Shown: positions 9,595 through 20,066, numbered from the stretch's first letter. The stretch is DNA of 64,000 nt from Chloroflexota bacterium (GCA_027623675.1 JAQBVF010000009.1:1-64000); one strand, 5' to 3'. Numbers and translations are program-made. The notes: generated from the sequence alone by a model not told the origin.

Positions 9595-10091
9595 CTCTCG
9601 CTCTACTCGGCTTTGAGGTTGGGTGCGCGATTCACTCGGCCTAGGCCTATGCGCCCTTGAAGTTGGGCGCACGTTTTTACCTAAACGCGGCCAGGTGTTC
9701 GTCCAAAGACTGGGAGAGGCCCCGGTACATCATGCCCTTGACCATCCGGTTGGGTATGGGCGGCGTTGATACCCTTCAACATGGACTCCAGCGCAGCCTA
9801 CCCCTCGTCCACGGGGTAGCGGTCAACCATGGCCGCCCCTGCCGGATTGGGGCAGATTAACCCACCGCCGGATGGAGGTCAAATCCCCGTTTGTCAGCCG
9901 GTCGCAGCCACTTATTGACGCGTTGCCCAGCCCCGGCTATGCTGGCAGCTATCCAATCCAGGCGCGCTCCTTCATCAAAACAACTCGCGGCATAACCCCG
10001 CATCTTTTCACGGTTGGCCGCATCCTAATCATTCCTGCGTATCTAACTACAGCGCAGATCTGGGCCATCTAGGACCCCAAAAGGAGTTCCA

Positions 10092-10592
10092 ATGGGCGAA
10101 ATGCTGCAACAGGGAGCCCGTCTCCCCAAGATTACACTAAAGCTGCTGGACGGCGGCACCCTCACCCTGCCCGGCGACGCGCCAACCCGGTACACAGCCT
10201 TGCTGTTCTACCGGGGCCATTGGTGACCCTACTGCAATCGGCAGTTAGCCGAATGGGAAGCGAACAAACCGGCTCTGGACGAACTGGAGACCACCATCAT
10301 CGCCGTGAGCGTTGATAGCAAGGAGCAGGCCCGAGAGGTCAAGGATAAAGGTCTGACCTTCCCGGTCGCCTACGGCGCGACCCAAGAGGACGGAGCGACC
10401 ATCGGCGCCTGGTGGTCGGAGGACCGGGGCGGCTACATCCAGCCGGCCGAATTCCTGTTGGGCCGGGGCGGCGTGGTCCTGGGCGCCATGTATGCCTCCG
10501 GGCCGGTCGGCCGCATGGGCCCCGATGAAGCCATCCGCCTGATAACCAACCGGGAGAACCGCCGCCGCGCGGAAGAGGGCGAGGCCCACTAG
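10092..10592 (+). CDS. Peroxiredoxin-like (AhpC/TSA) selenoprotein, UxxC
   Basis: AAGGAG RBS then ATG at 10092; LLFYRGHW-TGA(10224-10226)-PYCNRQL runs in frame into the 10305 ORF; family motif is FYRGxWCPYC. Confidence 0.9.
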
Positions 10593-10650
10593 ACCCGGAC
10601 AGCTTGAAAAACGCGCGCGATAGAGCGATAGCTGATCGAGGGGGGACACG

Positions 10651-11463
10651 ATGGGAAACCAACAGGTAGTAGACCTGATGGAACACGTCTGGCGCTCGAT
10701 AGACTCGTTGTGTTCCCCCTTAAGCGAATCCCAATGGAAAACGCCCACCGACTGCCCCGGCTGGTCGGTGCAAGACCAGGTGTCACACCTGGTTGGCGCT
10801 GAGTCCTCCATATTGGGCAATCCCCGGCCGGACCACACCCCCACCGAGACCGGCCACGTTAAGAATGACGTCGGCCAGTCCAACGAAGTAGTGGTTGACT
10901 ACCGCCGCTCCTGGCCCGGACAGCAGGTCCTGGACGAATTCCGGAAGTTGACCGTACAACGCCTGGAACTGCTCAGAAACCTGAGCGATGACGATTTCGC
11001 CGCCGAGACCCAGACTCCCATCGGCCCCGGCACCGTGGCCGACTTCGTGCGCATCCGCATATTCGATGCCTGGGTCCACGAACAGGACATCCGGCGGGCC
11101 CTAAATATTCCCGGCGAGTTGGACGGACCAACCGCCGCCCATTCGGTGGGCCGGATCGCCAGGGCAATGCCCTTCGTTGTGGCCAGAAAGGCCCAAGCCC
11201 CGGACGGAACGACGGCGGTCTTTGATATCGCCGGAGCAGCGGGACGCACCCTTTCCGTCGCCGTCGAAGAACGCCGGGGCAGAGAGTTGGACTCTGAGCC
11301 GGCTGCACCCACGGTCCGCATCGCCACCGATGTGGAGACCTTCGCCTGCCTGGCCTGCGGGCGGCAGGGCCCCGGCGACGCTCTCGGTTCCGGCAGAGTG
11401 AAAATAACGGGCGACACCGCCCTTGGTGAGACCATCGTCAACCAGATGAACATTATGATCTGA
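10651..11463 (+). CDS. Maleylpyruvate isomerase/mycothiol-dependent (DinB-like) enzyme with SCP2-like C-terminus
   Basis: WKTPTDCPGWSVQDQVSHL, RIFDAWVHEQDIRRAL. Confidence 0.9.
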   Translation: MGNQQVVDLMEHVWRSIDSLCSPLSESQWKTPTDCPGWSVQDQVSHLVGAESSILGNPRPDHTPTETGHVKNDVGQSNEVVVDYRRSWPGQQVLDEFRKLTVQRLELLRNLSDDDFAAETQTPIGPGTVADFVRIRIFDAWVHEQDIRRALNIPGELDGPTAAHSVGRIARAMPFVVARKAQAPDGTTAVFDIAGAAGRTLSVAVEERRGRELDSEPAAPTVRIATDVETFACLACGRQGPGDALGSGRVKITGDTALGETIVNQMNIMI

Positions 11464-11560
11464 TGTTGGGCTGTAATTATGGCGGCGATTCGTTATAATT
11501 CACCAATCGCAGCACCGGTTCACCAACGTACGCAGGGACTCAACGTCTAAACCGATAGGG

Positions 11561-12943
11561 TTGTGCCAATTGGCCCTAATAGATAAGCCCAAGTTTGGAT
11601 TCTCTGCCGCCAGACTGCCCTTCGGGGTCCACTACAGCTGGCTAGTCATCGGCATCTTGGCCACGGTCCAGATATTCGCCAGCTCAATAAGCATGGCGGC
11701 TGGAATCATGGTACCGCCCCTGAACGACGCCAACGGCGATTTCGGCTGGAGCCTGGGCACCATCGGCATGGTCATCGCCAGCTACTACCTGTTCGGCGCC
11801 ATGTACGCTCCCATAACCGGCTGGCTGGGCGACCGCTATGGCTCACGCTGGATGCTATTCGCCGCCGGCGTCATGTACCTGCTCAGCATGTTTCTGCTGG
11901 GCCAGGTGACCGAGATCTGGCAGTTCTTCCTCTTCTTTGGCATGCTGCTTTCCCTGACCCAGTCCCTGGCCATGGTGCCCCTGATGGCCGCGGTCAGTGG
12001 CTGGTTCCGCCGCCACCTGGGCCTGGGCATCGGTATACTCTGGGCCGCCGGAGGGATCGGGACCGGGATCATGGCCCCACTCATGGGCGAGTTCATCGAG
12101 GTCTTCGGCTGGCAAGATACCTTCAGGCTGATCGGTGCAGCGGGCGGAGGAATAATGCTCTGCATGGTGCCGCTCATGCGCAACAAGCCCTCCGACCTGG
12201 GCATACAGCCCTTCGGCGCCAGAGCCACCGACGCTCCCGCGGTGCAAAGAGACCAGGAGGCTGAACGGCTACGGCAAAAGGTGTTCAACCAACACACCCG
12301 CCGCACCAGACCATTCTGGAACCTGCCTCTGATCCACGGCCTGGGCTGCGCCGGACACGGCATCGTCCTGATCTATGTGATTCCCCTAGCCTTCGAGCGT
12401 GGCGTTTTCTCGTCTCTGGCGTCGGCGGGCATCATCGTCAGTCTGATCGCGATGGTAAGCGTGATCAGCCGGTTCGTAACGCCGATCATGGCGGAGCGGT
12501 ACGGCACTCGCAAGATGATGGCCGCGAGCCTCACGATCCAGGCGCTCACAGTCCTGATGCTCTTCTGGGCGCAAGACGCCTGGGCCTTCTACCTATTTGC
12601 GGTGGTGTTCGGACTGGGGTTCGGCGGAGAGTGGACCGGCTATCTGGTGATCAACCGGCAGTATTTCGGCGAAGGGCCGATGGGGACGATCTACGGCTGG
12701 CAGACCACCGGCGCGCTGATGGGACACGCGGTGGCGACCGGCCTGGCCGGTCTGGTCATCTACGCCACCGGTTCGTTCACCGTCGTCTTTGCCTTGTCCG
12801 TTGGGTTCAGCGCCTTTGGCGTCGTGATCATCACCCTGCTGGACGACACATCCCACGTGTTGATACCCGACTGGGAAGACGACGTCGTTCCAGCAACAAC
12901 CCAACTTGAACCTGGCGCCAGCGCGGTACTGGCCGACGACTAA
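11561..12943 (+). CDS. MFS transporter (OFA/MCT-like)
   Basis: About 12 hydrophobic segments, GWLGDRYGSR motif A. Confidence 0.9.
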   Translation: MCQLALIDKPKFGFSAARLPFGVHYSWLVIGILATVQIFASSISMAAGIMVPPLNDANGDFGWSLGTIGMVIASYYLFGAMYAPITGWLGDRYGSRWMLFAAGVMYLLSMFLLGQVTEIWQFFLFFGMLLSLTQSLAMVPLMAAVSGWFRRHLGLGIGILWAAGGIGTGIMAPLMGEFIEVFGWQDTFRLIGAAGGGIMLCMVPLMRNKPSDLGIQPFGARATDAPAVQRDQEAERLRQKVFNQHTRRTRPFWNLPLIHGLGCAGHGIVLIYVIPLAFERGVFSSLASAGIIVSLIAMVSVISRFVTPIMAERYGTRKMMAASLTIQALTVLMLFWAQDAWAFYLFAVVFGLGFGGEWTGYLVINRQYFGEGPMGTIYGWQTTGALMGHAVATGLAGLVIYATGSFTVVFALSVGFSAFGVVIITLLDDTSHVLIPDWEDDVVPATTQLEPGASAVLADD

Positions 12944-12965
12944 GACCGGTCACCAGTAACCTAGG

Positions 12966-14417
12966 CTAGTCCTGATCCAAGAACTCCTGGACCCATCGGC
13001 TCATGGGTTCTTTGTCGTAGCGGCTGTTCATCAAGACCACGTTCCGGTTCCGGTCGCCCTGGAAGAACCGCTCGTACAGGATCTGCCGCGAGCCGAAGGC
13101 GCTGCAGCAGGTGTCCCAAGCCAAGCGAAATAGCCGCACCCGGTCCCTGGCCGAGGCGAAATCGGTCTCCAGATAGCGGCTGATATCGTCGGCGAGAGGT
13201 CCCACGAAGTCATCTTCCGTCGGTAAAGCCATCAAACTGCTAGAGCCCAGCAGATGCAGTATCTCGCCCATGCGCGGGTACATGCGGATGAACGACTGCC
13301 GCGCCACCATCAGCGGCATATCCTGAGGGCACATCACCCCCCACTCGTCCAGCTCGGCATCCACCTCGGCGGCCCGCAGCAGCGCTTTGGTTATCTCCAG
13401 ATTCTCAATGATCTCCGACATCAGGCCGTGCACCTGGGGCTGCTCGGAGGAGCCCAGGGTCTTGACCATCAGGTTGGCCAGGCCCAGAACGAACTCGCAC
13501 TTCACCACATTCTTGGTCACGACCTGATGGCCCGAGTGCAGGAACTGGTGGGTCCGCAGCGACATCTCGTTGCACATGTCCACATCGCCGTAGAGGAAAA
13601 CCCGCTCCCAGGGCACCAGCACATTGTCGAAGAAGGCCAGGGCATCCATCTCCTCGAACCGCGACCCCAGCGGGTGATCGAAGCTGGAACGTTGCAGGTC
13701 GAAGGGCTCTCGGCACTGGAACTTGAGGCCCGGGGTGTCGCAGGGTATGGCGAAGGCAAATGATGTGCGGCCCGGCGCACCGGTGGGCAGTCTGTGGGAG
13801 CGGGCCGGGTAGACCGCGATCTCGTCGGCGATGGGCAGGGTTGCCAGCACCCGGGCGCCGTTCACGACGATCCCCGCATCGGTTTCCTTAACCACCGACA
13901 AAGCAACGTCCAACGAATCGTCCAAGGCCGTGGCCCCTCCGGAGCGGTTCCGCTGGATGTTGACCAGGGTGTGGGTCAACACCAGGTCCTTCTCCCGTAC
14001 CGATTCGTAATAGTCCTGGATGTGCTTCTCAAACTCGGGCCGGTTCTGGCCGAAATACCTGCCCGCCGCCGCCATGGACATCAGGCTCACATTCAAGAAA
14101 TCCGGGGTGCGGCCCATCATCCCGCAGGTGATTCGCGCCCAATTGGTCATCATCTGGCGACGCCGGTCCAGGTCTTCCCGGGTCCGGGGCGTGAGGAACG
14201 ACATGCCCACCTGGTCGCCAGTGGTCGGCGATTCGTAGGTCATCTCTTTGCCTTTCACCCGGTCATGCTGCAGGTCATACAATCGGGCCAGGGTGCCTAT
14301 CCCGCCCATCAGGCCAGGCTGGGTGGTGGGGTCCTTCACTTGCTTGCCGGACATGTAAAGGTTGGGTGGCCGTTCCCTAAGACCGTCGATGTACTGTTTG
14401 CCCGTTCTGGCCGGCAT
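12966..14417 (-). CDS. hpaB: 4-hydroxyphenylacetate 3-monooxygenase oxygenase component family
   Basis: RTGKQYIDGLR, GMMGRTPDFLN, DHPLGSRFEEMDA..FFDNVLVPWERVF, FGSRQILYERF. Confidence 0.9.
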   Translation of the reverse strand: MPARTGKQYIDGLRERPPNLYMSGKQVKDPTTQPGLMGGIGTLARLYDLQHDRVKGKEMTYESPTTGDQVGMSFLTPRTREDLDRRRQMMTNWARITCGMMGRTPDFLNVSLMSMAAAGRYFGQNRPEFEKHIQDYYESVREKDLVLTHTLVNIQRNRSGGATALDDSLDVALSVVKETDAGIVVNGARVLATLPIADEIAVYPARSHRLPTGAPGRTSFAFAIPCDTPGLKFQCREPFDLQRSSFDHPLGSRFEEMDALAFFDNVLVPWERVFLYGDVDMCNEMSLRTHQFLHSGHQVVTKNVVKCEFVLGLANLMVKTLGSSEQPQVHGLMSEIIENLEITKALLRAAEVDAELDEWGVMCPQDMPLMVARQSFIRMYPRMGEILHLLGSSSLMALPTEDDFVGPLADDISRYLETDFASARDRVRLFRLAWDTCCSAFGSRQILYERFFQGDRNRNVVLMNSRYDKEPMSRWVQEFLDQD

Positions 14418-14675
14418 GGGTTGCCCTCCTATCGGTCTCGTTCCGCTCGGTCTCGACCTGATCCTGACTTTTAATGCCGCCATTTTGCTTCATGCCAGAT
14501 GGTTTGACCAGACCTGGCGAAAGCGGCCATGCTTCAAGTCATGTGAACCTGGGGAGTGCCGTGACGACGGTGGACGCATCAGACGCATCATTGGAGAGCG
14601 GAGAGCGAATCATTTGACACTGCTCCACGTTTACCCTAGCCTGTGCCCCACAATCAGTCAGGAGGTCACCCTGCC

Positions 14676-15590
14676 ATGTCCCTCCCTCCCCACCGAGTCG
14701 ATTACAGTCCGATCATCGAGCGTCCGCCCATCAAGTGGCCCAACGGCGAGCGGGTGGCGCTGTGGATCGCCCCCAACGTGGAACACTACGAGTACATGCC
14801 GGTGAAGGACGGCCCCCGCGACCCCTGGCCCCGCACTCCCTACCCCGACGTGCAGCAATACTCCTACCGCGATTACGGCAACCGGGTGGGGTTCTGGCGC
14901 ATGCTGGAGGTGCTGGACCAGTACCAGATCAGGGCCTGTGTCTCGCTAAATCTGGCCGTCTTGGAGCATTTCCCCGAGGTGCGCGACGCCATGGTGGACC
15001 GCGACTGGGATTTCATGAGCCACGGCATCTACAACACCCGCTATCTCTATTCATATTCGGAGGAACGGGAGCGGGAGTTCTACAAAGACAATATCGAAAC
15101 GCTGAAACGCCAGACCGGCAAGCAGTTGAAGGGCATGTTGGGACCCGCCATCTCCGGCACCGAGCGCACCCCCGACCTGATGGCCGAAGCCGGCCTGATC
15201 TACCACACCGACTGGATGCACGACGACCAACCCGTGCCCATAAATGTAAAGTCGGGCAAGCTGGTTTCGGTCCCGTACTCCATCGAGTTGAACGACTCGC
15301 CCCTCTTCCGGGTGAATTACGAAGCCGATTACTTCGCCGAGATCTGCAAGCGGCAGTTCGACCAGCTATATAAAGAGGGCGCAGAGAGCGGCCGGGTCAT
15401 GTGCATCGCCCTGCACCCGTTCCTGATAGGCCAGCCCCACCGCATCAAGTTCCTGGACGACATACTGAGCTACATAATGTCCCACGACGGCATCTGGCAG
15501 ACCACCGCCGACGACATCGCCGAGTATTACATCGAGAACTACTACGACGACGCGGTGACCCACGCCCAACGATTCAAGGTCCAGCGCTGA
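14676..15590 (+). CDS. Polysaccharide deacetylase/PuuE-like hydrolase
   Basis: YSPIIERPPIKWPNGERVALW, RDYGNRVGFWR, DDQP, IALHPFLIGQPHR. Confidence 0.9.
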   Translation: MSLPPHRVDYSPIIERPPIKWPNGERVALWIAPNVEHYEYMPVKDGPRDPWPRTPYPDVQQYSYRDYGNRVGFWRMLEVLDQYQIRACVSLNLAVLEHFPEVRDAMVDRDWDFMSHGIYNTRYLYSYSEEREREFYKDNIETLKRQTGKQLKGMLGPAISGTERTPDLMAEAGLIYHTDWMHDDQPVPINVKSGKLVSVPYSIELNDSPLFRVNYEADYFAEICKRQFDQLYKEGAESGRVMCIALHPFLIGQPHRIKFLDDILSYIMSHDGIWQTTADDIAEYYIENYYDDAVTHAQRFKVQR

Positions 15591-15656
15591 TCGAGCCGAC
15601 CGCCAACCAGCCGGCCCTCAAATCAACGGCCAAAGAGGCCACGGGAGATTCACACC

Positions 15657-16559
15657 ATGCCCGGTGAACGAAGGGAAGGGATGGACCACATTCACCACGA
15701 GTGGTCGCCCATATCCACCCGCAGCAAACTGATCTGGCCCAACAAAGCCAAGGTGGCGCTCTGTGTCATCGTCACCCTGGAGCACACCGAATGGGAGCCT
15801 CCGGAGGACAGCTTCAGCGCCGACCAAGCGGGCGGACTGGGCGTGAGGCCCTTCCCCGACTATCCCCGTTTCTCGCACCGGGAATACGGCCACCGGGTCG
15901 GCGTCTTCCGTGTGCTGGACCTGCTGGAACGCCTGAACATCAAGCCCACCGTCTGCATGGACTCCCAGACCGCCGAGGGCTACCCCTACCTGGTGAAACA
16001 CTGCCTGGACCGGGGCTGCGAGATCATCGCCCACGGCGTATCGGGCAGCCAGATGATCTCAGGCCGGATGTCCACCGAGGAAGAGGCCGCGTTCATTCGG
16101 TCGGCCATGGAGGTATTGAAGAAGGCTACCGGGTCTGTTCCCAAGGGCTGGTTCGGCACGGACTACGGCGAATCTGAACGCACTCCCACTCTGATGGCCC
16201 AGGCGGGCATCGAATACCTCTGCGACTGGGTCAACGACGAACAGCCCTATGCCATGAAAGACGGCCTGTTCGCCCTGCCAACCATGCTGGAGATGGACGA
16301 CCTGTTCACCATGTCCAACCGGCGCGTTACCATCGACCGCTATGCCCAGTCGATCAAGGACGGCTTCGATACCATGCTCCGTGACGGCGCCGACAACGGG
16401 CGTCTCCTGACCATCAACCTGCACCCTTGGCTGGTGGGCCAGCCATTCCGCATCGGCTACCTGGAAGAGGCTCTGGAATACATCATGGGCCACGAAGGCG
16501 TCTGGGCGGCGTCCGGCTCGGAGATCATCGACTGGTACCGGGACAACCAGCCTGCCTGA
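15657..16559 (+). CDS. Polysaccharide deacetylase/PuuE-like hydrolase, paralog 2
   Basis: WPNKAKVAL, REYGHRVGVFR, NDEQP, LHPWLVGQPFRI. Confidence 0.9.
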   Translation: MPGERREGMDHIHHEWSPISTRSKLIWPNKAKVALCVIVTLEHTEWEPPEDSFSADQAGGLGVRPFPDYPRFSHREYGHRVGVFRVLDLLERLNIKPTVCMDSQTAEGYPYLVKHCLDRGCEIIAHGVSGSQMISGRMSTEEEAAFIRSAMEVLKKATGSVPKGWFGTDYGESERTPTLMAQAGIEYLCDWVNDEQPYAMKDGLFALPTMLEMDDLFTMSNRRVTIDRYAQSIKDGFDTMLRDGADNGRLLTINLHPWLVGQPFRIGYLEEALEYIMGHEGVWAASGSEIIDWYRDNQPA

Positions 16560-16589
16560 CCACCAGCGGTGCCCCTGGCGAACAAACAG

Positions 16590-16948
16590 GAGTCATCCCT
16601 GAGTTTAATCAAGGGCAGCACGCTACCGGGCAGATGCCGTCATTGCGACTTTCGCCGAAATGACGGTCCTGTGGAGCAACCGCATTAACAGCCTGTCATT
16701 CTGATCCTTCCGCAGCCTGTCATTCTGATCCTTCCGCAGCCTGTCATTCTGATCCTTCCGCAGCCTGTCATTCTGATCCTTCCGCAGAAGGAGAAGAATC
16801 TCTTTGCCTGGCTTCAACGTTGCTGTCGTTCCGCGGACCGGTAGTTGGTCTCCCATCGGCAACGAGATTCCTCGCTTCGCTCGGAATGACCAAGACGGGC
16901 GGAATGACCAAAGCGTCGGCATCCACTCGGGAAACTCCGGGATGACTC
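16590..16948. repeat. MITE/REP-like palindromic element, copy 1, with an internal 24-bp x4 tandem array (16689-16784)
   Basis: TIRs gagtcatccc.gagtt / aactccgggatgactc; unit cagcctgtcattctgatccttccg; colinear with 61850-62119. Confidence 0.85.
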
Positions 16949-16989
16949 ATGTTTCTCAATCAGTACCCGTTCGCCGGCGGAAAGACCCT

Positions 16990-18681
16990 CTAGACGGTGG
17001 CCGGCCACGCCACCCTGAGGCGGTCCCCAGAGATGGGCGCCAACTCAGCGCCGGGCAGCCGCTGCAAGAACTCCTCTACGTCCAGGCGTGATCTATCCAG
17101 ATCTAAGGTCATCTGAACGCCCTCTTCCCGCGAGACCAACCGGGTGTCAACGATCACTCCCGTGTCGGCAGACTCTTCCACCGCATCCCAAACCGTCTCC
17201 AACCACTCCTGCGTCAGCGAGGCGTCGAACATCAGGTAGACGCGCCCGGAATACGACCTAGCCAGCCCATTACCGGCGGGTTCCGGCGTCGCTTCAAACG
17301 GGTCGGCCGCCGCGTCAGGCTGTGAGCCAGCCGCTTCATCCGTGTCGATCGGGGTGGTCAAGAGGCGCTCTGGGGAGATACTGGCCGGGACCTCCGGTGG
17401 CCTGGCGGTCCGTTCCGTGGGCCTATCCATAGCGGGCGCCGGGTACTCGGATATCGGGGGCAGCCCAGCCATCTCACGCCGCAGCGCCTCGGCGGCGCTA
17501 GCCCCAGGCGTTCCCGGGAAATTCGCGGCGGCCTCGGCGTTGGCGATCTCCAGGTCCAGAGCTGGGTCGCCGGTCAGCGACTCTACCTGTGGAGGGGCCG
17601 ACTGCTGGGCTTCTCGCGAAGCGGCAGCGCTATCGGCGGCCCGAAGTACCTGTTCTTCAATCATCTGTCCGGACATTCCCGGTATCAACAGGTCTGCGGC
17701 CGCATCCGCCAGCTCTCCGGGTACCACATGCGGTTCCTCCCGGGACAGCTCTTGGCGCAACACATACGGCTCTTCCAACACGGGGGGAGTCTGGGCCGGG
17801 CTGGGCTGCGGGGCCTCCCCCGGAGGTGGCATCACGCGTTCGATAAGGTCCGCCGGCATCTCGACGGCAGGTTCGGTATCCGGCTGGGCCAACAGGTCCT
17901 GACGCAGGGATGCAAGTTCATTCCACATCGACTGAACGGCAAGCAACTCCCGTATGGCCGATTCTTTGGCGGCATCGGCGGTTGAGGCTGTCTTGGCTGA
18001 TTCATCCAACTCCCTGGCCACGTTCATGACCGCCGAATTCAAGGAGTCCAATGCAGCTATCAGATGTTGTATCGCGCTTTCTTTCATTCCCATCGCCTGC
18101 CCGAGCACTTCCTGATAGGCAGACTTGTTACTCTCCCGCCTCGACCGAAGCGTCTCGTCCAAAAGTCTGACCTTGGAGGCGGCCTCGAGATTTCCTGGGG
18201 TATTGGACGCAAAGCCCTGTTCGTAAGCATTCTTAGCGCCTTCAACCGAGCGGACCGCTTCATCCATGATCGATTCGCTCTGGGCGAATACCGATCGGGA
18301 CCGGCCCCGCAACGCCTGAGCTTCCTGGTGCTGCTGGAGCGCGGCCTGGACCCGCTTTAGGCTTATCTCGATGCTGGCGCGGAATTCTCCGGCCCGCAGT
18401 AGTTCCCGTGCTTGGTTTACGTCTTCCCCGGTCACCGGCGTTACCGCCGACGTGCCTGTCGGGCCCACTCGGGAGGGGTCGCCAGCATCCGAACCCTGAA
18501 CGCTGGACGCAGACCCTGCAACCGCGGCAGGCCCGGCTTCCGTCGAAACCTGTTCGGCCCCAGTATCTTGGTCCAGGCGTCCCTGGTCTTCGCTGGAGCC
18601 GCTGGCAGAACGTCTTCCACGCCGCTTCCTGCCGCTCTCCTCTTTCGAAGACCGGCGAAATATGCTGCTTAGCCACCCCAT
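16990..18681 (-). CDS. Hypothetical protein: coiled coil, Pro/Ala-rich linker and small C-terminal domain
   Basis: 563-aa ORF, GAGG RBS. Confidence 0.75.
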   Translation of the reverse strand: MGWLSSIFRRSSKEESGRKRRGRRSASGSSEDQGRLDQDTGAEQVSTEAGPAAVAGSASSVQGSDAGDPSRVGPTGTSAVTPVTGEDVNQARELLRAGEFRASIEISLKRVQAALQQHQEAQALRGRSRSVFAQSESIMDEAVRSVEGAKNAYEQGFASNTPGNLEAASKVRLLDETLRSRRESNKSAYQEVLGQAMGMKESAIQHLIAALDSLNSAVMNVARELDESAKTASTADAAKESAIRELLAVQSMWNELASLRQDLLAQPDTEPAVEMPADLIERVMPPPGEAPQPSPAQTPPVLEEPYVLRQELSREEPHVVPGELADAAADLLIPGMSGQMIEEQVLRAADSAAASREAQQSAPPQVESLTGDPALDLEIANAEAAANFPGTPGASAAEALRREMAGLPPISEYPAPAMDRPTERTARPPEVPASISPERLLTTPIDTDEAAGSQPDAAADPFEATPEPAGNGLARSYSGRVYLMFDASLTQEWLETVWDAVEESADTGVIVDTRLVSREEGVQMTLDLDRSRLDVEEFLQRLPGAELAPISGDRLRVAWPATV

Positions 18682-18966
18682 GCTGAATCACCTCATGTCC
18701 GCCGCTCAGAATCGAACTAGATTCCGAACCCGGGCAAACCCTTTTATAAAGTCCCCTGATTCCGCAGGTCTAATTATAGGAAGACCCATTTTTGCGGTCA
18801 ACAAGAGTAAAGGAATCAATACCTGATTCATTCAAATTCTATCCGCGCCGGAATGGCTAAAGCGCAACCTTGTGCTTCACTGCCTCCGAGATTTGGTAAA
18901 CGCGGCGATGGTCGTATCGGGCCGGGGCCGCCGAGCGCAATCACGCGTATGCGAGGCTGAATTCCC

Positions 18967-19001
18967 TTGACACCCATTTCCAGTTGTGATATTTTTCACC
19001 T
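18967..19001 (+). promoter_or_regulatory. sigma70-type promoter overlapped by a Rex-like operator
   Basis: TTGACA (18967)-17 bp-TATTTT with extended TG; TTGTGATATTTTTCACCT (18984-19001) versus Rex consensus TTGTGAA-N4-TTCACAA. Confidence 0.55.
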
Positions 19002-19079
19002 GGCCTCTGACCGGAGGCTTTTTTCAACGCGTTTTCAGTCGTGTAAATCGTTAATTATCTGGTCACCTCAAGGTGCCCC

Positions 19080-19376
19080 ATGTTTGAAGATCCAAAAGCA
19101 TTAACCAGCGTCGAGTGGAACAACATCCACCTCTTTCTACAATGGTTCTGGATATATTCCCCCATCGTAGTAACCTTTGGTGTCACCATGTTGACCGCCC
19201 ATGCGTTCATACCGTCGCTGATTCACACGGGCCAACTTCCGGAGTCAGCCAACCGCCTGCGTGCCCCGCTCACCGGGTTCGCAGCCATGCTCGTTATCGC
19301 CGGAGTGATTCTACTGATTCTGGTCGTCAACTCCGCATTGGACGTCCGCCAAGTCTACAACCGGTTCTTGATCTAA
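19080..19376 (+). CDS. Small 2-TM membrane protein heading the ACIII operon
   Basis: 98 aa, two hydrophobic helices. Confidence 0.75.
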   Translation: MFEDPKALTSVEWNNIHLFLQWFWIYSPIVVTFGVTMLTAHAFIPSLIHTGQLPESANRLRAPLTGFAAMLVIAGVILLILVVNSALDVRQVYNRFLI

Positions 19377-19439
19377 CCCGGAAGCTGAGACTGCCGCCAA
19401 ACCATGAAGATTAAACCCTTACACGGAACGATTAATTAG

Positions 19440-20066
19440 ATGATGCCAAGCGGAAAAATGTTGCCGGTCATGCTGGCTGGAGGGATCGTAACCGTCATCC
19501 TCGGTTTCGTCCTGGTTGTTCTGCTCATTTCCTGGTTCTCCAACCCTCCTTTCGGCCTTGGCAACGCCCCGGCTCAGCCGGTGGCCTTCCCGCACACGGT
19601 CCACGTGGCCCAGAACAATATCCAGTGTGAATTCTGTCACCGCAACGTAACCAAGGGCGAAGCCGCCACGGTTCCTGCGTTGGAGACCTGCCTCTTCTGC
19701 CATAAGGACATCGACGGATCCACCGAAACAGCCAAAGTCGAGATTGAAAAGGTTCGGACGGCCTTCGACACCAACGAGCCGATCAACTGGGAGCGGGTCC
19801 ACCGTCTCCCCGACCATGTGCGGTTCATCCACGAAGCACACCTCCGGTACTTCACTGACGAAGACATACTCGTCAAATACGGGATCAACGGCGAAGAGAT
19901 CACCCAAACGCCCGACGTAGCTCAGACGTGCACCATCTGTCACGGCGACGTGGCGAACAAAACCGAAGTTCAACCCAAGACCGGCCAGTCATTAAAAATG
20001 GGAACGTGTCTCGATTGTCACCGGGCCAATAGCGTCCCCACCGACTGCACGGTCTGCCATAAGTAA
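19440..20066 (+). CDS. actA: Pentaheme cytochrome c, alternative complex III subunit A
   Basis: Five CxxCH motifs, PAQPVAFPHTVH, WERVHRLPDHVRFIH, N-terminal TM. Confidence 0.9.
   Translation: MMPSGKMLPVMLAGGIVTVILGFVLVVLLISWFSNPPFGLGNAPAQPVAFPHTVHVAQNNIQCEFCHRNVTKGEAATVPALETCLFCHKDIDGSTETAKVEIEKVRTAFDTNEPINWERVHRLPDHVRFIHEAHLRYFTDEDILVKYGINGEEITQTPDVAQTCTICHGDVANKTEVQPKTGQSLKMGTCLDCHRANSVPTDCTVCHK

Noticed and set aside
16689..16787. CRISPR array
   Set aside because: Identical 24-bp units are directly adjacent, with no spacers and no cas genes.
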